Positions 29,733 through 40,220 of a DNA stretch of 64,000 nt are shown here, piece after piece. The stretch is taken from the IMG/VR virus record IMGVR_UViG_3300032323_001173; one strand, given 5' to 3'. Both the position numbers and the translations under genes were made by a program. Numbering within the stretch: position 1 is the stretch's first letter; every line of letters begins with the position of its first letter. The stretch is from an uncultured virus (IMG/VR IMGVR_UViG_3300032323_001173). Taxonomy: Duplodnaviria; Heunggongvirae; Uroviricota; Caudoviricetes. The notes below the pieces were generated by a model. That model did no database searches. It worked only from the letters and a program-made list of their open reading frames with translations, and had not been told where the DNA came from.

Positions 29733-30988
29733 TGGCATCAACTGAACATCTCCTAATCAGCAAGGTTATTCAGACCGCTGATCTCAGCGAGGTTATTGAT
29801 GCAGGACTCCGCCCAGACCACTTCAGTGGTGAGTGGTCTGACATTTGGTTATGGCTCCTTGACTACTGGCGTGAATACAGTGTGGTTCCAACTGCACGTG
29901 TTTTCAAACAACAGTACGCAGACATCCGTTTACTCAATGCTGAGAACGAACCATTCCAGGCTCTTGTTGATGAAATCTACGTTGCGTACAAACACCAGCA
30001 CTTGGTTAACGCAATTACCTCGGCACTTCCATCACTTAATAGCAACGAAACAGAAGAAGCATTCAACAAACTTTCGGAAGGCTTACAAAAAGCATCAGTA
30101 GAGGTTGCACGCCTCCGAGATATTGACCTCATGGAATCATGGGAAGGACGGTTAGCAAAGTATGAAGAAATGCGTAACACCCCGAACGGTCTTCGTGGCA
30201 TTCCGACAGGCTTCTTGGGTCTTGATCGGATCACTGCTGGTCTTCGGCCTCAGCAGTTGGTTACGTTCGTTGGTGAAGCAAAAAAAGGTAAATCATTAAT
30301 GACCTTGATTATGGCTGATGCGGCTCACAACCACGGCATCACGCCAATGTATGTTTCATTTGAAATGAGTATTGAAGAGCAAGCGGCTCGTTATGACGCC
30401 ATCATTTCAGGAGTGCCACATACACGAATCATCCGAGGTGATTTGACGGCTCAAGACATGGAGCGCATCGGAAAAGCATTAAGCATTCGCAAGAACATGC
30501 ACCCGTTTATCATGACGGAAGATACACACTCATTGACAACTGTGAGTGCACTTGCTGGAAAGGTTCAACAACACCGACCACGTCTGTTGATTGTTGACGG
30601 TGTGTACTTGATGGATGATGAGCAGGGAGAACCAAAAGGTTCACCGCAAGCATTGACAAATATCACACGATCGCTTAAGAGGTTGGCACAGCGCTTTGAC
30701 ATCCCTATCATCGGGACAACACAGGTGTTGTCGTGGAAACTTGGAAACAAGAAGTCACGACAAATTACGGCGGAAGCAATTGGTTACACATCATCATTCG
30801 CACAGGACTCAGACCTTGTGCTCGGTGTGGAATCAGATCCTGATATTGATAACCAAGCAATCATTCGGGTTATCTTGTCACGATCATCACCTAAGGGTGA
30901 GGTCAGGATCAAATGGGATTGGGAAAACATGAACTTTACGGAGGTAGATGAAAATGAAGATGGCGACACAGACAACTGGTACTACTGA
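29732..30988 (+). CDS. dnaB: Replicative DNA helicase
   Basis: GIPTGF..LD..T.GL, GEAKKGKS, FEMS, LLIVDG.YLM and QDSDLVL motifs. Confidence 0.92.
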   Translation: MASTEHLLISKVIQTADLSEVIDAGLRPDHFSGEWSDIWLWLLDYWREYSVVPTARVFKQQYADIRLLNAENEPFQALVDEIYVAYKHQHLVNAITSALPSLNSNETEEAFNKLSEGLQKASVEVARLRDIDLMESWEGRLAKYEEMRNTPNGLRGIPTGFLGLDRITAGLRPQQLVTFVGEAKKGKSLMTLIMADAAHNHGITPMYVSFEMSIEEQAARYDAIISGVPHTRIIRGDLTAQDMERIGKALSIRKNMHPFIMTEDTHSLTTVSALAGKVQQHRPRLLIVDGVYLMDDEQGEPKGSPQALTNITRSLKRLAQRFDIPIIGTTQVLSWKLGNKKSRQITAEAIGYTSSFAQDSDLVLGVESDPDIDNQAIIRVILSRSSPKGEVRIKWDWENMNFTEVDENEDGDTDNWYY

Positions 30989-31877
30989 TCTCTCAAGCGT
31001 TCTTCTAGAACTTGGCGTAGATGTACGCCGAACCAATGGTCGTGAGATTTCAGGTTGCTGTCCTGTTCATGAAAAGCGCACAGGACGTGCAGACGGTTCG
31101 CCATCATGGTCAATGAATGCAGAGAGTGGACTATGGATTTGCCACTCATGTGGTGCCCGTGGAACTCTTGCTGGATTGGTATCTGAACTAACAGGTAACC
31201 CTGACAGCGTGTCAGCCGTTAACCAGTTACTCATTGAGACTGGTATCAATCGTTTGACTGCACCAGAGCGTGTTGAGTTTCAACCTGAAGTTGACTGGGT
31301 GTCGTATAGTCGCTTCTCTTTGGTACCTCATCAAGAATTAGTACGCCGTCATCTTGACGCAGATGTTGCTCTTGCTCACGGTATTAAGTGGAACGTGCTT
31401 AAGAAAGCATGGGTTATTCCAATTGTTTCTCCACTTGGAGAACTCATGGGATGGCAAGAAAAAGGTTTCAACTATTTCAACAACAACCCAGCAGGTGTAA
31501 AGAAGAGTCACACATTGTTTGGTGTTGAGCGATTCCAATCAAGAACAGCCGTTCTTGTTGAGTCGCCACTGGACGTGGTGAGGTTTGCATCATCATTCGG
31601 GGGAATACAGGCCCTCGCCACGTTCGGTGCGCATGTCAGTAAAGAACAGATGCAGTTGGTTACCACATTGGCAGAGCGGGTAATTATTGCCATGGACAAT
31701 GACAAAGCAGGAGTAGAGTCAGCCAAGTTCTTGTTGAAGAACCTCCCTCGTTTCCGTGACGGTATCTTCTTTTTGAACTACGACAAGACTGATGCAAAAG
31801 ACATCGGTGACATGACGGACGAAGAAGTCAATCACGCAGTCACTACCGCTTCAGTAGTGCCATGGTGGATGCAATGA
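30948..31877 (+). CDS. dnaG: DNA primase (CHC2 Zn finger plus TOPRIM)
   Basis: CPVHE...SWS...WICHSCG; VESPLD; MDNDKAG; KDIGD. Confidence 0.9.
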   Translation: MKMKMATQTTGTTDLSSVLLELGVDVRRTNGREISGCCPVHEKRTGRADGSPSWSMNAESGLWICHSCGARGTLAGLVSELTGNPDSVSAVNQLLIETGINRLTAPERVEFQPEVDWVSYSRFSLVPHQELVRRHLDADVALAHGIKWNVLKKAWVIPIVSPLGELMGWQEKGFNYFNNNPAGVKKSHTLFGVERFQSRTAVLVESPLDVVRFASSFGGIQALATFGAHVSKEQMQLVTTLAERVIIAMDNDKAGVESAKFLLKNLPRFRDGIFFLNYDKTDAKDIGDMTDEEVNHAVTTASVVPWWMQ

Positions 31878-33421
31878 CTTTTAACGGCACCCTTTATCCG
31901 TTCCAACAAGAAGCCATGGAGCGCATGGTGGATCGTGGGCAGATGATGCTTGCCATGGTGATGGGTGCTGGAAAGACCCCCACCACTCTTGCCGCTATTG
32001 AGCGTTTGTTTGAAGATGGAGAGATTGACCGTGTAGCCGTAGTTGTCCCATCATCACTCAAATTTCAGTGGCTTCGTGAGATTAAGAAGTTCACTAATTC
32101 AAAAGCAATTGTTATTGACGGATCTAAAACTGCACGAACACCTCTGTGGCGTAGTGCTTTACGTTGTCGGTATGTCATCGTTAACCCTGAGATGCTGGTC
32201 AAAGATGAGAAGGAGTTCTTGTCGTTGAATTGTGATGCCATGGTCATTGACGAAGCCACCATCATTAAGTCACCTAAAGCAAAGCGTTCCAAGTTACTTA
32301 AGCGCCTTGGCTCTAAATGTCACTACCGATTCGCATTGACTGGTCAACCAATTGAAAACAAACCTGAAGAACTATTTTCAATTATGGAGTTTGTTGATAA
32401 GACCGTACTAGGTCGCTTTGACATCTTTGACCGTACTTTCATTGTGCGTGATCACTACGGTAAGCCAATGCGTTACCGCAACCTCAAGCAGTTGCAGGAC
32501 AGTCTTACTGAGTCCATGGTTCGTAAAACACGAGCAGACATTGCAGACCAACTACCAAAAGTTATCCATCAAGTGATACCTGTGTCTTTTGATAGCGCTG
32601 GCTCTATTGCGTATCAAACCATCGCTAAAGATTTGATTAAAGAAATTAACAATGCAATTGCTACTCACGGGCGTGGGTTTGACCTTTGGTCGCATTACAA
32701 CGGTGGTGACGGAGGCGGAGAAGCACAGGGGCAGATCATGTCTCGCTTAACTATCTTGCGCATGCTGTGCGACAATCCTGCCCTTGTCCGTGACTCTGCT
32801 CGGAAGTTCCGTGAGTCACGTGGTACCGATGGAAGTCAATACGCAGACAAGATCATTAAGGCTGGCTGGTTGCCTGACAACGCAAAGTCTCCGAAACTTA
32901 CATCGGTCCTTGAGTATGTCTCAGACATCTTGTCAGGGGATCCCGACAGTAAAGTTGTTCTTTTCTCATTTTTTAAACAGAACTTACGATTGATTCAAGA
33001 GGCTATGCGCCCACTAACTAACAGTGTGTTGTTTATGGGCGGGATGTCCGCTGAAGAACGAGATTCCGCTAAACAACAATTCGCTACGGATCCGCATACC
33101 CGCATATTCCTGTCCTCAGACGCTGGTGGTTATGGGGTGGACTTACCTAACGCCAACTATCTCATCTCCTACGACTTGCCATGGAGCGCTGGAAAACTGG
33201 ACCAACGAGAGGCTCGTATCATCCGTCTATCTTCGTTACACCCCCATGTTACCGTGGCTTCATTCGTTATGAAGGGTTCCATTGAAGAGCGCCAGTATGA
33301 AATGCTTCAACAGAAGCGGGGCATCAATGAGGCTTTTATTGACGGAAATTATGATAGCCAAGGTAAATTTGAATTGACTATCGGTACACTTTCAGACTTC
33401 ATATCCAACTCGGAGGTATAA
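31874..33421 (+). CDS. SNF2-family helicase/ATPase
   Basis: MGAGKT, DEAT, LTGQPIEN, GGYGVDL and QREARIIR motifs. Confidence 0.9.
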   Translation: MTFNGTLYPFQQEAMERMVDRGQMMLAMVMGAGKTPTTLAAIERLFEDGEIDRVAVVVPSSLKFQWLREIKKFTNSKAIVIDGSKTARTPLWRSALRCRYVIVNPEMLVKDEKEFLSLNCDAMVIDEATIIKSPKAKRSKLLKRLGSKCHYRFALTGQPIENKPEELFSIMEFVDKTVLGRFDIFDRTFIVRDHYGKPMRYRNLKQLQDSLTESMVRKTRADIADQLPKVIHQVIPVSFDSAGSIAYQTIAKDLIKEINNAIATHGRGFDLWSHYNGGDGGGEAQGQIMSRLTILRMLCDNPALVRDSARKFRESRGTDGSQYADKIIKAGWLPDNAKSPKLTSVLEYVSDILSGDPDSKVVLFSFFKQNLRLIQEAMRPLTNSVLFMGGMSAEERDSAKQQFATDPHTRIFLSSDAGGYGVDLPNANYLISYDLPWSAGKLDQREARIIRLSSLHPHVTVASFVMKGSIEERQYEMLQQKRGINEAFIDGNYDSQGKFELTIGTLSDFISNSEV

Positions 33422-33423
33422 AC

Positions 33424-33858
33424 ATGGCAACAGTAAAGAGGGAAAAACCAGCGGAGGAATCAATCATCAAAGATTTTGATGAGGTTCACATGGAGCGCCT
33501 TGCAGAAGAATTCAAGAAGTCCAAAGAGACTGTTGACATTCTTGAAAAGCGATTAGGCGAAATGAAAAAGCAATTGACTGAGGCTGTCACTGTCTTTGGT
33601 TACACCGATGACAAGGGACACCAGTGGTTGAAGGTTGGTGCTTATGAGTTAAAGCGTGAGCGCCGTGTATCCCGTTCGCTGGACGTTACGGCTGTAGAAC
33701 AATGGGCACGCTCCAACGGTCATTGGGATTCTCTTAAGAAAGTCATTGAAGTTGTAGACGAAGACAACCTTGTTAAGTTTGCATGGGAACACAAAGAGTA
33801 CGAAGAAACTGTCAGTGCGTTTTATGTTGAAAAAGAAACATGGGCATTCAAAGCGTGA
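33424..33858 (+). CDS. Hypothetical protein (coiled-coil N-terminus)
   Basis: SD GGAGG; 144 aa. Confidence 0.65.
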   Translation: MATVKREKPAEESIIKDFDEVHMERLAEEFKKSKETVDILEKRLGEMKKQLTEAVTVFGYTDDKGHQWLKVGAYELKRERRVSRSLDVTAVEQWARSNGHWDSLKKVIEVVDEDNLVKFAWEHKEYEETVSAFYVEKETWAFKA

Positions 33859-34295
33859 AAGACAAAGCACTTGAGATGTTTGGCGATCTGCCTGACTACC
33901 CAGGTGCTCGTGTGCCCAAGAACAGACCTAACGCTAAAAAGAGAAACCAGCACCTACCTATAGCCGATCGGCTTAATGGTGCTAGATCAAAGGTCTATCG
34001 TGTCAATGATGAAGACATTCAGATGTTTACGATTGGTCAGTTAGCAATCGCATTAAACAAGAAACCTGTGACTATTCGTATGTGGGAGTCACGGGGTTGG
34101 ATTCCTAAAGCCACGTATCGCACGCCTCCACCAAAAGGTATGCAACTTCCTGATAAATCTTCAAAAGGACGTAGGCTTTACAGTTTGTCTCAGGTAGAGT
34201 TTCTACTTGAAGCAATACAAACCTTTAACCTAAACACTGCGAAAGCAGATTGGGCGGGGTTTGCAAATCACACATCAAACAACTATCCAAAATAA
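33855..34295 (+). CDS. MerR-like HTH DNA-binding protein
   Basis: FTIGQLA..LNK...TIRMWESRGWIP...RRLYS. Confidence 0.8.
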   Translation: MKDKALEMFGDLPDYPGARVPKNRPNAKKRNQHLPIADRLNGARSKVYRVNDEDIQMFTIGQLAIALNKKPVTIRMWESRGWIPKATYRTPPPKGMQLPDKSSKGRRLYSLSQVEFLLEAIQTFNLNTAKADWAGFANHTSNNYPK

Positions 34296-34313
34296 ATCAC
34301 AGAAAGAAAAACG

Positions 34314-35033
34314 ATGCCATTTACAGACTTTGAAGATGACGAGCAGGAATTTCAACCCGTTGTTCGTAAAAAGAAAGTTACATCCTCCGAAGACGAGGTT
34401 ACCTTTAAGCCACGCCCAGCAGTTGCTGTAGACGAAGACGATGCTCCAAAGGCTCGCCGTGTTGTCCGCAGTGGTTGGAGTGGTGTTGACTCCGTAAAGA
34501 CTGGTGACAGTAACTACGCTGTTCGCCTCAAGTTGAGCGAAGACACACAGATCATCCGCTTCATTGGTGACGCTCCATACGCCTCGTATGGTCAGCACTG
34601 GCTTGAGCGTTCGGGTCAGAAGTCATTCGTTTGCATCGGTGAAGATTGCCCACTTTGCAAGGCAGGCAACCGCCCATCCAAGCGTCACAACTTCAACGTT
34701 GCACTTCTCACCGAAGGTGAAGAGCCAGCACTTCGTTCATTAGAAATTGGTCCACGAGTTATTGACCAGTTGAAGAACTTCCACAACAGCGACCGCACTG
34801 GTCCTCTTGATAAGCACTACTGGGCTATCTCACGCACAGGTAAGGGCGCAACATCGTCCACCTTGCTTCAGATGGTCAAAGCGGCTGATCTTGAAGAATG
34901 GGGTTTGACTCCATTGACCAGCGCTCAACTCGCTGAGTTTGCCGAAACGGCTTACACCGAAGACATCATTCAGGTGCCTTCCAAGCGTGACTTGGTGCAG
35001 ATTGCATCAGAAGAACTCGGCTTCAATAACTAA
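34314..35033 (+). CDS. Single-stranded DNA-binding protein (T4 gp32-like)
   Basis: IRF, H-W, C...CPLC Zn site and ISRTG.G..S motifs; next to the polymerase. Confidence 0.7.
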   Translation: MPFTDFEDDEQEFQPVVRKKKVTSSEDEVTFKPRPAVAVDEDDAPKARRVVRSGWSGVDSVKTGDSNYAVRLKLSEDTQIIRFIGDAPYASYGQHWLERSGQKSFVCIGEDCPLCKAGNRPSKRHNFNVALLTEGEEPALRSLEIGPRVIDQLKNFHNSDRTGPLDKHYWAISRTGKGATSSTLLQMVKAADLEEWGLTPLTSAQLAEFAETAYTEDIIQVPSKRDLVQIASEELGFNN

Positions 35034-35036
35034 GCC

Positions 35037-37118
35037 GTGACAACTAGTAAAGGCAATGACATGGGGCGCCTAGCGCCCCATGTTGTGTCTACCACCGAAG
35101 AATTACATGAAATCATTTCCATTATCCAAAGTGTTGGGGCTTTTGCGTTTGACATTGAGTCCCGTGGAATTCTTTCTCGCCATCCCGACCTTCTTGAACA
35201 CATTGAAAAGGAATGGAAAGCGCACGTCTCCAAACTAAAGAACCCTTCGCCTGACATCAGTCGTAAAGCACGGGAGAAGATAGAGGGAGATTACCGAAAG
35301 ATGCTTGCGCTTGATCCTTTGCGCAATGAGGTCTTTTGGATTGGTATCGCTACTAAAGGTCACTCATGGGCTATCCCTATGGGACACAGTCGTGGTGTCA
35401 TCATCAAACCTGAAGAAGTAGGTGACGGTACCACCGTTCCACCTGAGGGTTACCGCAAAGTACTCAAGAACGGACAAGAGTCAACGGCTAAGGCTCGTTA
35501 CTACATACCTGCTGAGTATGCTCCAGCACCAGAGCAGTTGTCTCGCTCGGTTGTGTTTGAAACTCTGAAGCCTTTGTTCTTCAGTGACTTGATTAAAGTA
35601 GGTCACAACGTAAAGTTTGACGCTCGCTCAATCAGCAAGTACTACGAAGAGATGCCGACAGCACCTTTTAGAGACACGATGTTGTTACAGCATGCCCTAG
35701 ACGAGAACATGATGTCTTACTCGTTAGAGAGCCTCATCCAACACAACTATGGCAAGCATGACGCTTACTTCCGAGAAGGTAAGTTGGGAAAGATCATTGA
35801 TGACGTGCCTTTTGATGTGGCAGGGCGCTACGTGCACCTTGATGCTCGTTGGACATGGATGCTGTACGAGCGTTTGTGGAACGGTATTAAAAACCAAGAC
35901 GATTTAAAGCGTGTGGTTGTCCAAGACTCCGAGGTACTGCGTGTATTGATGCAGATGGAGAACGAAGGTATCCCAGTTGACTCGCAACAACTTAAGCGAC
36001 TTGGTAAAGAACTGGACAACAAAATGCGTGAAATACTGTTGGAGTTGTCCAAGTACGCACCTGTTGGGTTTAACCCTGACTCCACAAAACACAAGCAAGC
36101 GTTCTTGTTCAACAAGAAGCGTGAAGGTGGCTTGGGATTAAAACCATTTAAAGAAACAAAAGGTGGAGCGCCATCCGTAGACGAAGAGTCATTGAAGCGC
36201 TTGGAGTCAAAGCACCCAGCATTGACATTGCTCCTCCAGTGGTCGGAAACACAGAAGTTAAAGTCAACCTATGTTGATGGCTTGTTGCCTAAGTTGTCCA
36301 AAGGTAGGTTGCACCCGTCATACAACCTGCACCGAACCGCTACAGGTCGTCTGTCTGCGTCCAACCCGAACTTGCAGAACATTCCACGTGAGTCCAGTAT
36401 TCGTAGTTTGTTTATTGCTCCTGAGGGCTACACCTTGATGGTGGCTGACTACGACCAAATTGAACTACGAGTGATGGCGATGTTTTCCAAGGATCCTGAG
36501 TTGATCCACATCTTTAACAACGACATTGACATTCACGCAGGTGCGGCGGCTCTGTTGTTTGGTAAGGATGTATCAGAGGTGACCAGCGAAGAGCGCCAAA
36601 TTGGTAAAGGCGTTAACTTCTTGACTGCCTACGGCGGTGGTTATATGAAACTGGCTCGCACCACAGGTATCCCTGAGGACCGTGCCAAGTACATGATCAA
36701 CCGCTACTACGAGCAGTTTGCAGGACTGACCCAGTGGAAGCGCCACGTCATCTCCCAAGCCCGTGCCAAAGGCTACGTAAAGACCCTGACAGGTCGTAGA
36801 CGCCGTCTGCCTGACATTAAGTCCACAGACGATGAGAAGCGCTCTAGAGCCGAGAGACAGGCGATTAACGCCGTAGTCCAAGGCAGTGCGGCTGATATCT
36901 GCAAGATAGCCATGATTGACATTGAAAAAGCCCTCCACGGAACTGATACTAGGATGCTGGTACAGGTTCATGACGAAATCGTGACCGCAGTACCAGAGAA
37001 CTCTTGGGAGGACATCATGCCACGTTTTATTGAAGCCATGGGAGACGGTGTTGTCTTGCACGGGGTACCCCTGAAGGTGTCTTGCAATGTTGCGCACAAC
37101 TGGGCGGATGCCAAGTGA
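35037..37118 (+). CDS. polA: Family A DNA polymerase (3'-5' exonuclease plus polymerase)
   Basis: FDIE, GHNVKFD, TGRLSASNPNLQNIP, ADYDQIELR, RQIGKGVNF...YG and QVHDE motifs. Confidence 0.95.
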   Translation: MTTSKGNDMGRLAPHVVSTTEELHEIISIIQSVGAFAFDIESRGILSRHPDLLEHIEKEWKAHVSKLKNPSPDISRKAREKIEGDYRKMLALDPLRNEVFWIGIATKGHSWAIPMGHSRGVIIKPEEVGDGTTVPPEGYRKVLKNGQESTAKARYYIPAEYAPAPEQLSRSVVFETLKPLFFSDLIKVGHNVKFDARSISKYYEEMPTAPFRDTMLLQHALDENMMSYSLESLIQHNYGKHDAYFREGKLGKIIDDVPFDVAGRYVHLDARWTWMLYERLWNGIKNQDDLKRVVVQDSEVLRVLMQMENEGIPVDSQQLKRLGKELDNKMREILLELSKYAPVGFNPDSTKHKQAFLFNKKREGGLGLKPFKETKGGAPSVDEESLKRLESKHPALTLLLQWSETQKLKSTYVDGLLPKLSKGRLHPSYNLHRTATGRLSASNPNLQNIPRESSIRSLFIAPEGYTLMVADYDQIELRVMAMFSKDPELIHIFNNDIDIHAGAAALLFGKDVSEVTSEERQIGKGVNFLTAYGGGYMKLARTTGIPEDRAKYMINRYYEQFAGLTQWKRHVISQARAKGYVKTLTGRRRRLPDIKSTDDEKRSRAERQAINAVVQGSAADICKIAMIDIEKALHGTDTRMLVQVHDEIVTAVPENSWEDIMPRFIEAMGDGVVLHGVPLKVSCNVAHNWADAK

Positions 37119-37471
37119 TGACGGACATAGATCGGCGTAATTTTTATTTAATGATGTCCGTTCCTGAGGGACAGAAGTACGCCGAGACTATGGGTTTCTC
37201 ACCACCATCAGAAGATGTGAGAGAAGTAGAACATGCTGACATCTTGTCTAGATGGGGAGTGTTTTTAGCAACCGATACTTACAACGAAATAGTAGAGGGT
37301 GCGCAGTGGTTTGCGGATTACTTAGAAAAAACAGATAAACTAGTTTCCCCTAAAGACGAGATAATCGCTGTATTAACTGTCTATGGGATGGCTCTGACAA
37401 ACAAACTTGCAGAGTCAGAAAAGATTCTAATAATGTTGGACAGCCTATTGGAGGACGAAGACTATGAGTGA
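37118..37471 (+). CDS. Hypothetical protein
   Basis: TGATG coupling to polA. Confidence 0.6.
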   Translation: MTDIDRRNFYLMMSVPEGQKYAETMGFSPPSEDVREVEHADILSRWGVFLATDTYNEIVEGAQWFADYLEKTDKLVSPKDEIIAVLTVYGMALTNKLAESEKILIMLDSLLEDEDYE

Positions 37472-37850
37472 CTGGTGGAGTAAAAAGATCGCAGGAGACA
37501 AACCAACTCCTACCCGTACTTACACAACACCCCCGACATCACCTGCATTGCAATTCCCTGCAACGCAACCAGTGCAACAGCATTCTCATAACCAAGAAGT
37601 ATTAGATCCAAGCCGTGCCCCCACAGAGCAGATCTCTATGGGTGATGCATTGCGTTTATGGAAAGGTGGAGAAGCGGCTCGTAAAGAAGGTAATAACACT
37701 TGTCCTGAGTGTGGAAGTATCTATGTATTTAGTCGTGTAGGTCGTGGGTCAAACAGTATGATCAACGGAGCACAGCCAGCCCCACGTTGTTATTCGTGTG
37801 GTTGGAACGGTAGGTTTTCACAAGGCGATCAATCCAGTTGGGGAGCATAA
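37464..37850 (+). CDS. Zn-ribbon protein
   Basis: CPECG...CYSCG; SD GGAGG. Confidence 0.7.
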   Translation: MSDWWSKKIAGDKPTPTRTYTTPPTSPALQFPATQPVQQHSHNQEVLDPSRAPTEQISMGDALRLWKGGEAARKEGNNTCPECGSIYVFSRVGRGSNSMINGAQPAPRCYSCGWNGRFSQGDQSSWGA

Positions 37851-38867
37851 ATGTCAGACTACGAGTCACTTAATTCAATCATCAATGCGATGAACAAGAA
37901 GTACGGCGATGGTGCCATTGTTAAAGGTAGCGAAGTGCGTGAACTCATGCCACGCATCACCACAGGCATCCTTGCGTACGACCTTATGCTTGGTGGTGGG
38001 TGGCCTGCTAATCAATGGAGTGAAATCATTGGTGAAGAATCATCAGGTAAGACCGCACTTGCGTATAAGACAATTGCGGCTAACCAAGCGCTTGACCCAG
38101 ACTTCACAGCGCTATGGATTGCGGCTGAGGAATATGTACCTGACTATGCCAAGAGCATTGGCGTAGACCTTGATCGTTTGTGGGTCGTTGAGTCCAACAT
38201 CATGGAGCAGGTGTATGACCTTGTTATCAAAACGTTGGACAACCGTGCTGTTGACATGATCGTGATTGACTCACTTCCTGCGCTTGTACCAAGCGATGAA
38301 TCAGAAAAGATGATGGAAGAGTTCACCGTAGGTCTCGGTGCTCGTCTCACAGGTAAGTTCTTTCGCAAGTCTTCCAAGTCACAAAAGCGCTCACTCATTC
38401 ATGACGAGCGCCAGTGCACAGGCATCATGATTAACCAGTGGCGTGAGAAGATTGGCGTGATGTGGGGAGACAACCGCACAACCCCAGGTGGCAAGGCTAA
38501 GAACTTCCACTACTTCTGCCGTGTTGAAGTAAAGCGTGACGAGTGGATCAAAGCCAAGGACGAGACCGTAGGTCAAACCATCAAGGCTCGCACTATGAAG
38601 AACAAGACGTACCGACCACAGCAAGTTGCTGTAGTTGACTACTACTTTGCAGAGACCACAGGCTTTAACCGTGGTGATTTTGATACCACCAAGGATGTTG
38701 TCAACATTGCAATTGCTTACGAGTTGATTACTCGTGCAGGTGCTTACTACTCATACGGTGATCAGAAGTGGCAAGGCAAAGACGGTGTGCTTCAAGCAGT
38801 CCGTGAAGATGCTGACCTGCGTGACAAGATCACTAAAGAAGTATTTACAAAGTTTGGTCTTGAATGA
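37851..38867 (+). CDS. recA: RecA/UvsX recombinase
   Basis: GEESSGKT, IVIDSLPAL, INQWREKIGVM and TTPGGKA..F motifs. Confidence 0.93.
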   Translation: MSDYESLNSIINAMNKKYGDGAIVKGSEVRELMPRITTGILAYDLMLGGGWPANQWSEIIGEESSGKTALAYKTIAANQALDPDFTALWIAAEEYVPDYAKSIGVDLDRLWVVESNIMEQVYDLVIKTLDNRAVDMIVIDSLPALVPSDESEKMMEEFTVGLGARLTGKFFRKSSKSQKRSLIHDERQCTGIMINQWREKIGVMWGDNRTTPGGKAKNFHYFCRVEVKRDEWIKAKDETVGQTIKARTMKNKTYRPQQVAVVDYYFAETTGFNRGDFDTTKDVVNIAIAYELITRAGAYYSYGDQKWQGKDGVLQAVREDADLRDKITKEVFTKFGLE

Positions 38868-39199
38868 TCCTTGGCGGAGACGACCGCAAAGCCATCAACA
38901 AGACTTCCAAGAAGCAGGAACAGCGAAGTGCTAAGACCTACAAGGGAAGTCGCAACGCAGGTTCAGGCTCAGGTTGGTTACGTAAGAATGACGTACGCAC
39001 CAGCGAGATCTTGATTGAAAACAAGTTCACTACCAACGCAAAGCAGATCACACTTAAGCACAAAGACTTGTCAGAACTAGTGGAGCGTGCCATACTAGAA
39101 GACCGCCTTCCCGTCTTACAATTTGATTTAAACAACAGACGATACGTGGTACTAACCGAAGATGATTTCATAGAGATGACAGGACTAAACGATGGCTGA
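38864..39199 (+). CDS. PD-(D/E)XK Holliday junction resolvase-like nuclease
   Basis: QE...GSGSGW..KNDV...LIENKFT. Confidence 0.75.
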   Translation: MILGGDDRKAINKTSKKQEQRSAKTYKGSRNAGSGSGWLRKNDVRTSEILIENKFTTNAKQITLKHKDLSELVERAILEDRLPVLQFDLNNRRYVVLTEDDFIEMTGLNDG

Positions 39200-40220
39200 A
39201 ACACCGTGGCATTTACAGGAGTATAAGAAGGCACTCACCAGTAAAGGCAAGGTGCTTCCTATTGTGCAGGCTCAGTTGATCAAGGAACGCTTGTCATCTA
39301 CACGAGATACCGCTCACTTGCACCCAAGTGAGATTGCTAAGAAAGATTGGTGCCCTCGTTCGTCTTGGTACACCATCAAGGGTTACGAAAAAGAAGATGA
39401 GAAGTTTGCATTCCAGCGACTTAACGTCTTTGCAGAAGGTCATGCGATCCACGCTAAATGGCAAGGATGGCTCCGTGACGCAGGCGTTCTTCAAGGTACA
39501 TGGCAGTGCAAGAACGATAATTGTGGTCACAAATGGGTGGATTTGAGTCCACAAAAATGCCCATCATGTGGAACCCATAACCCTGTCTACCGTGAGGTGC
39601 CAGTAACCAACGAGCAGTTCCATATCCTTGGTCATGCTGACGGTATTGTAAACAACGGTAAGGACAAGCCGTTCCTCATTGAGATTAAGAGCGTTGGTGC
39701 GGGTACCATTCGGTTTGAGAGTTACGACATATTTAAAGATTCTGAAGGTAACCCTGATGAGATGTGGAAGCGCATCCGTCAACCATTCCAGTCCCATGTT
39801 CGTCAAGCCATGCTGTACATGTACTGCACAGGTATTGACACTATGGTGTTTATCTACGAGTGGAAAGCCACCCAAGAAGTAAAAGAGTTTGTAGTCCAGT
39901 TCCAACAGGAACTAGTTGACCCGATTCTTAGCGCTTGCGAAACCGTAGTGCGGGCGCTAGATTCATCAGTCCCACCCATGCGTCCAGCGTGGGTAACGGA
40001 CTCAGAACACAAAACATGCAAACAATGCCCATACAAAAACACATGCTGGAAGGAAAACGATGCGAACAATACTGCGCCCCGAACCGATGACAATAACGAA
40101 GCCACAACAGGACGACTCCTCAGTGAGGGAGAAGTTCAATCAAAAGTTCACGATGCCCGCAAGACCAGCGGGGGAGATACCACAGGTACCAGCGTATCTG
40201 GACGAGTTATCAGACGCTGA
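39192..40220 (+). CDS. Cas4-like PD-(D/E)XK exonuclease
   Basis: HPSE...CPR, G.AIH, GHADG...IEIKS, Q...Y and C..CPY...C Fe-S motifs. Confidence 0.85.
   Translation: MAETPWHLQEYKKALTSKGKVLPIVQAQLIKERLSSTRDTAHLHPSEIAKKDWCPRSSWYTIKGYEKEDEKFAFQRLNVFAEGHAIHAKWQGWLRDAGVLQGTWQCKNDNCGHKWVDLSPQKCPSCGTHNPVYREVPVTNEQFHILGHADGIVNNGKDKPFLIEIKSVGAGTIRFESYDIFKDSEGNPDEMWKRIRQPFQSHVRQAMLYMYCTGIDTMVFIYEWKATQEVKEFVVQFQQELVDPILSACETVVRALDSSVPPMRPAWVTDSEHKTCKQCPYKNTCWKENDANNTAPRTDDNNEATTGRLLSEGEVQSKVHDARKTSGGDTTGTSVSGRVIRR

Noticed and set aside
35037..37118. DpoZ / 2-aminoadenine system suggested by the atypical motif B (NFLTAYGGG)
   Set aside because: No purZ or datZ in the window, and the Phe at the 762-equivalent position is ordinary
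39192..40220. Cas4 as part of a CRISPR-Cas system
   Set aside because: No cas1/cas2 or array; solo Cas4-like nucleases are common in phage recombination modules
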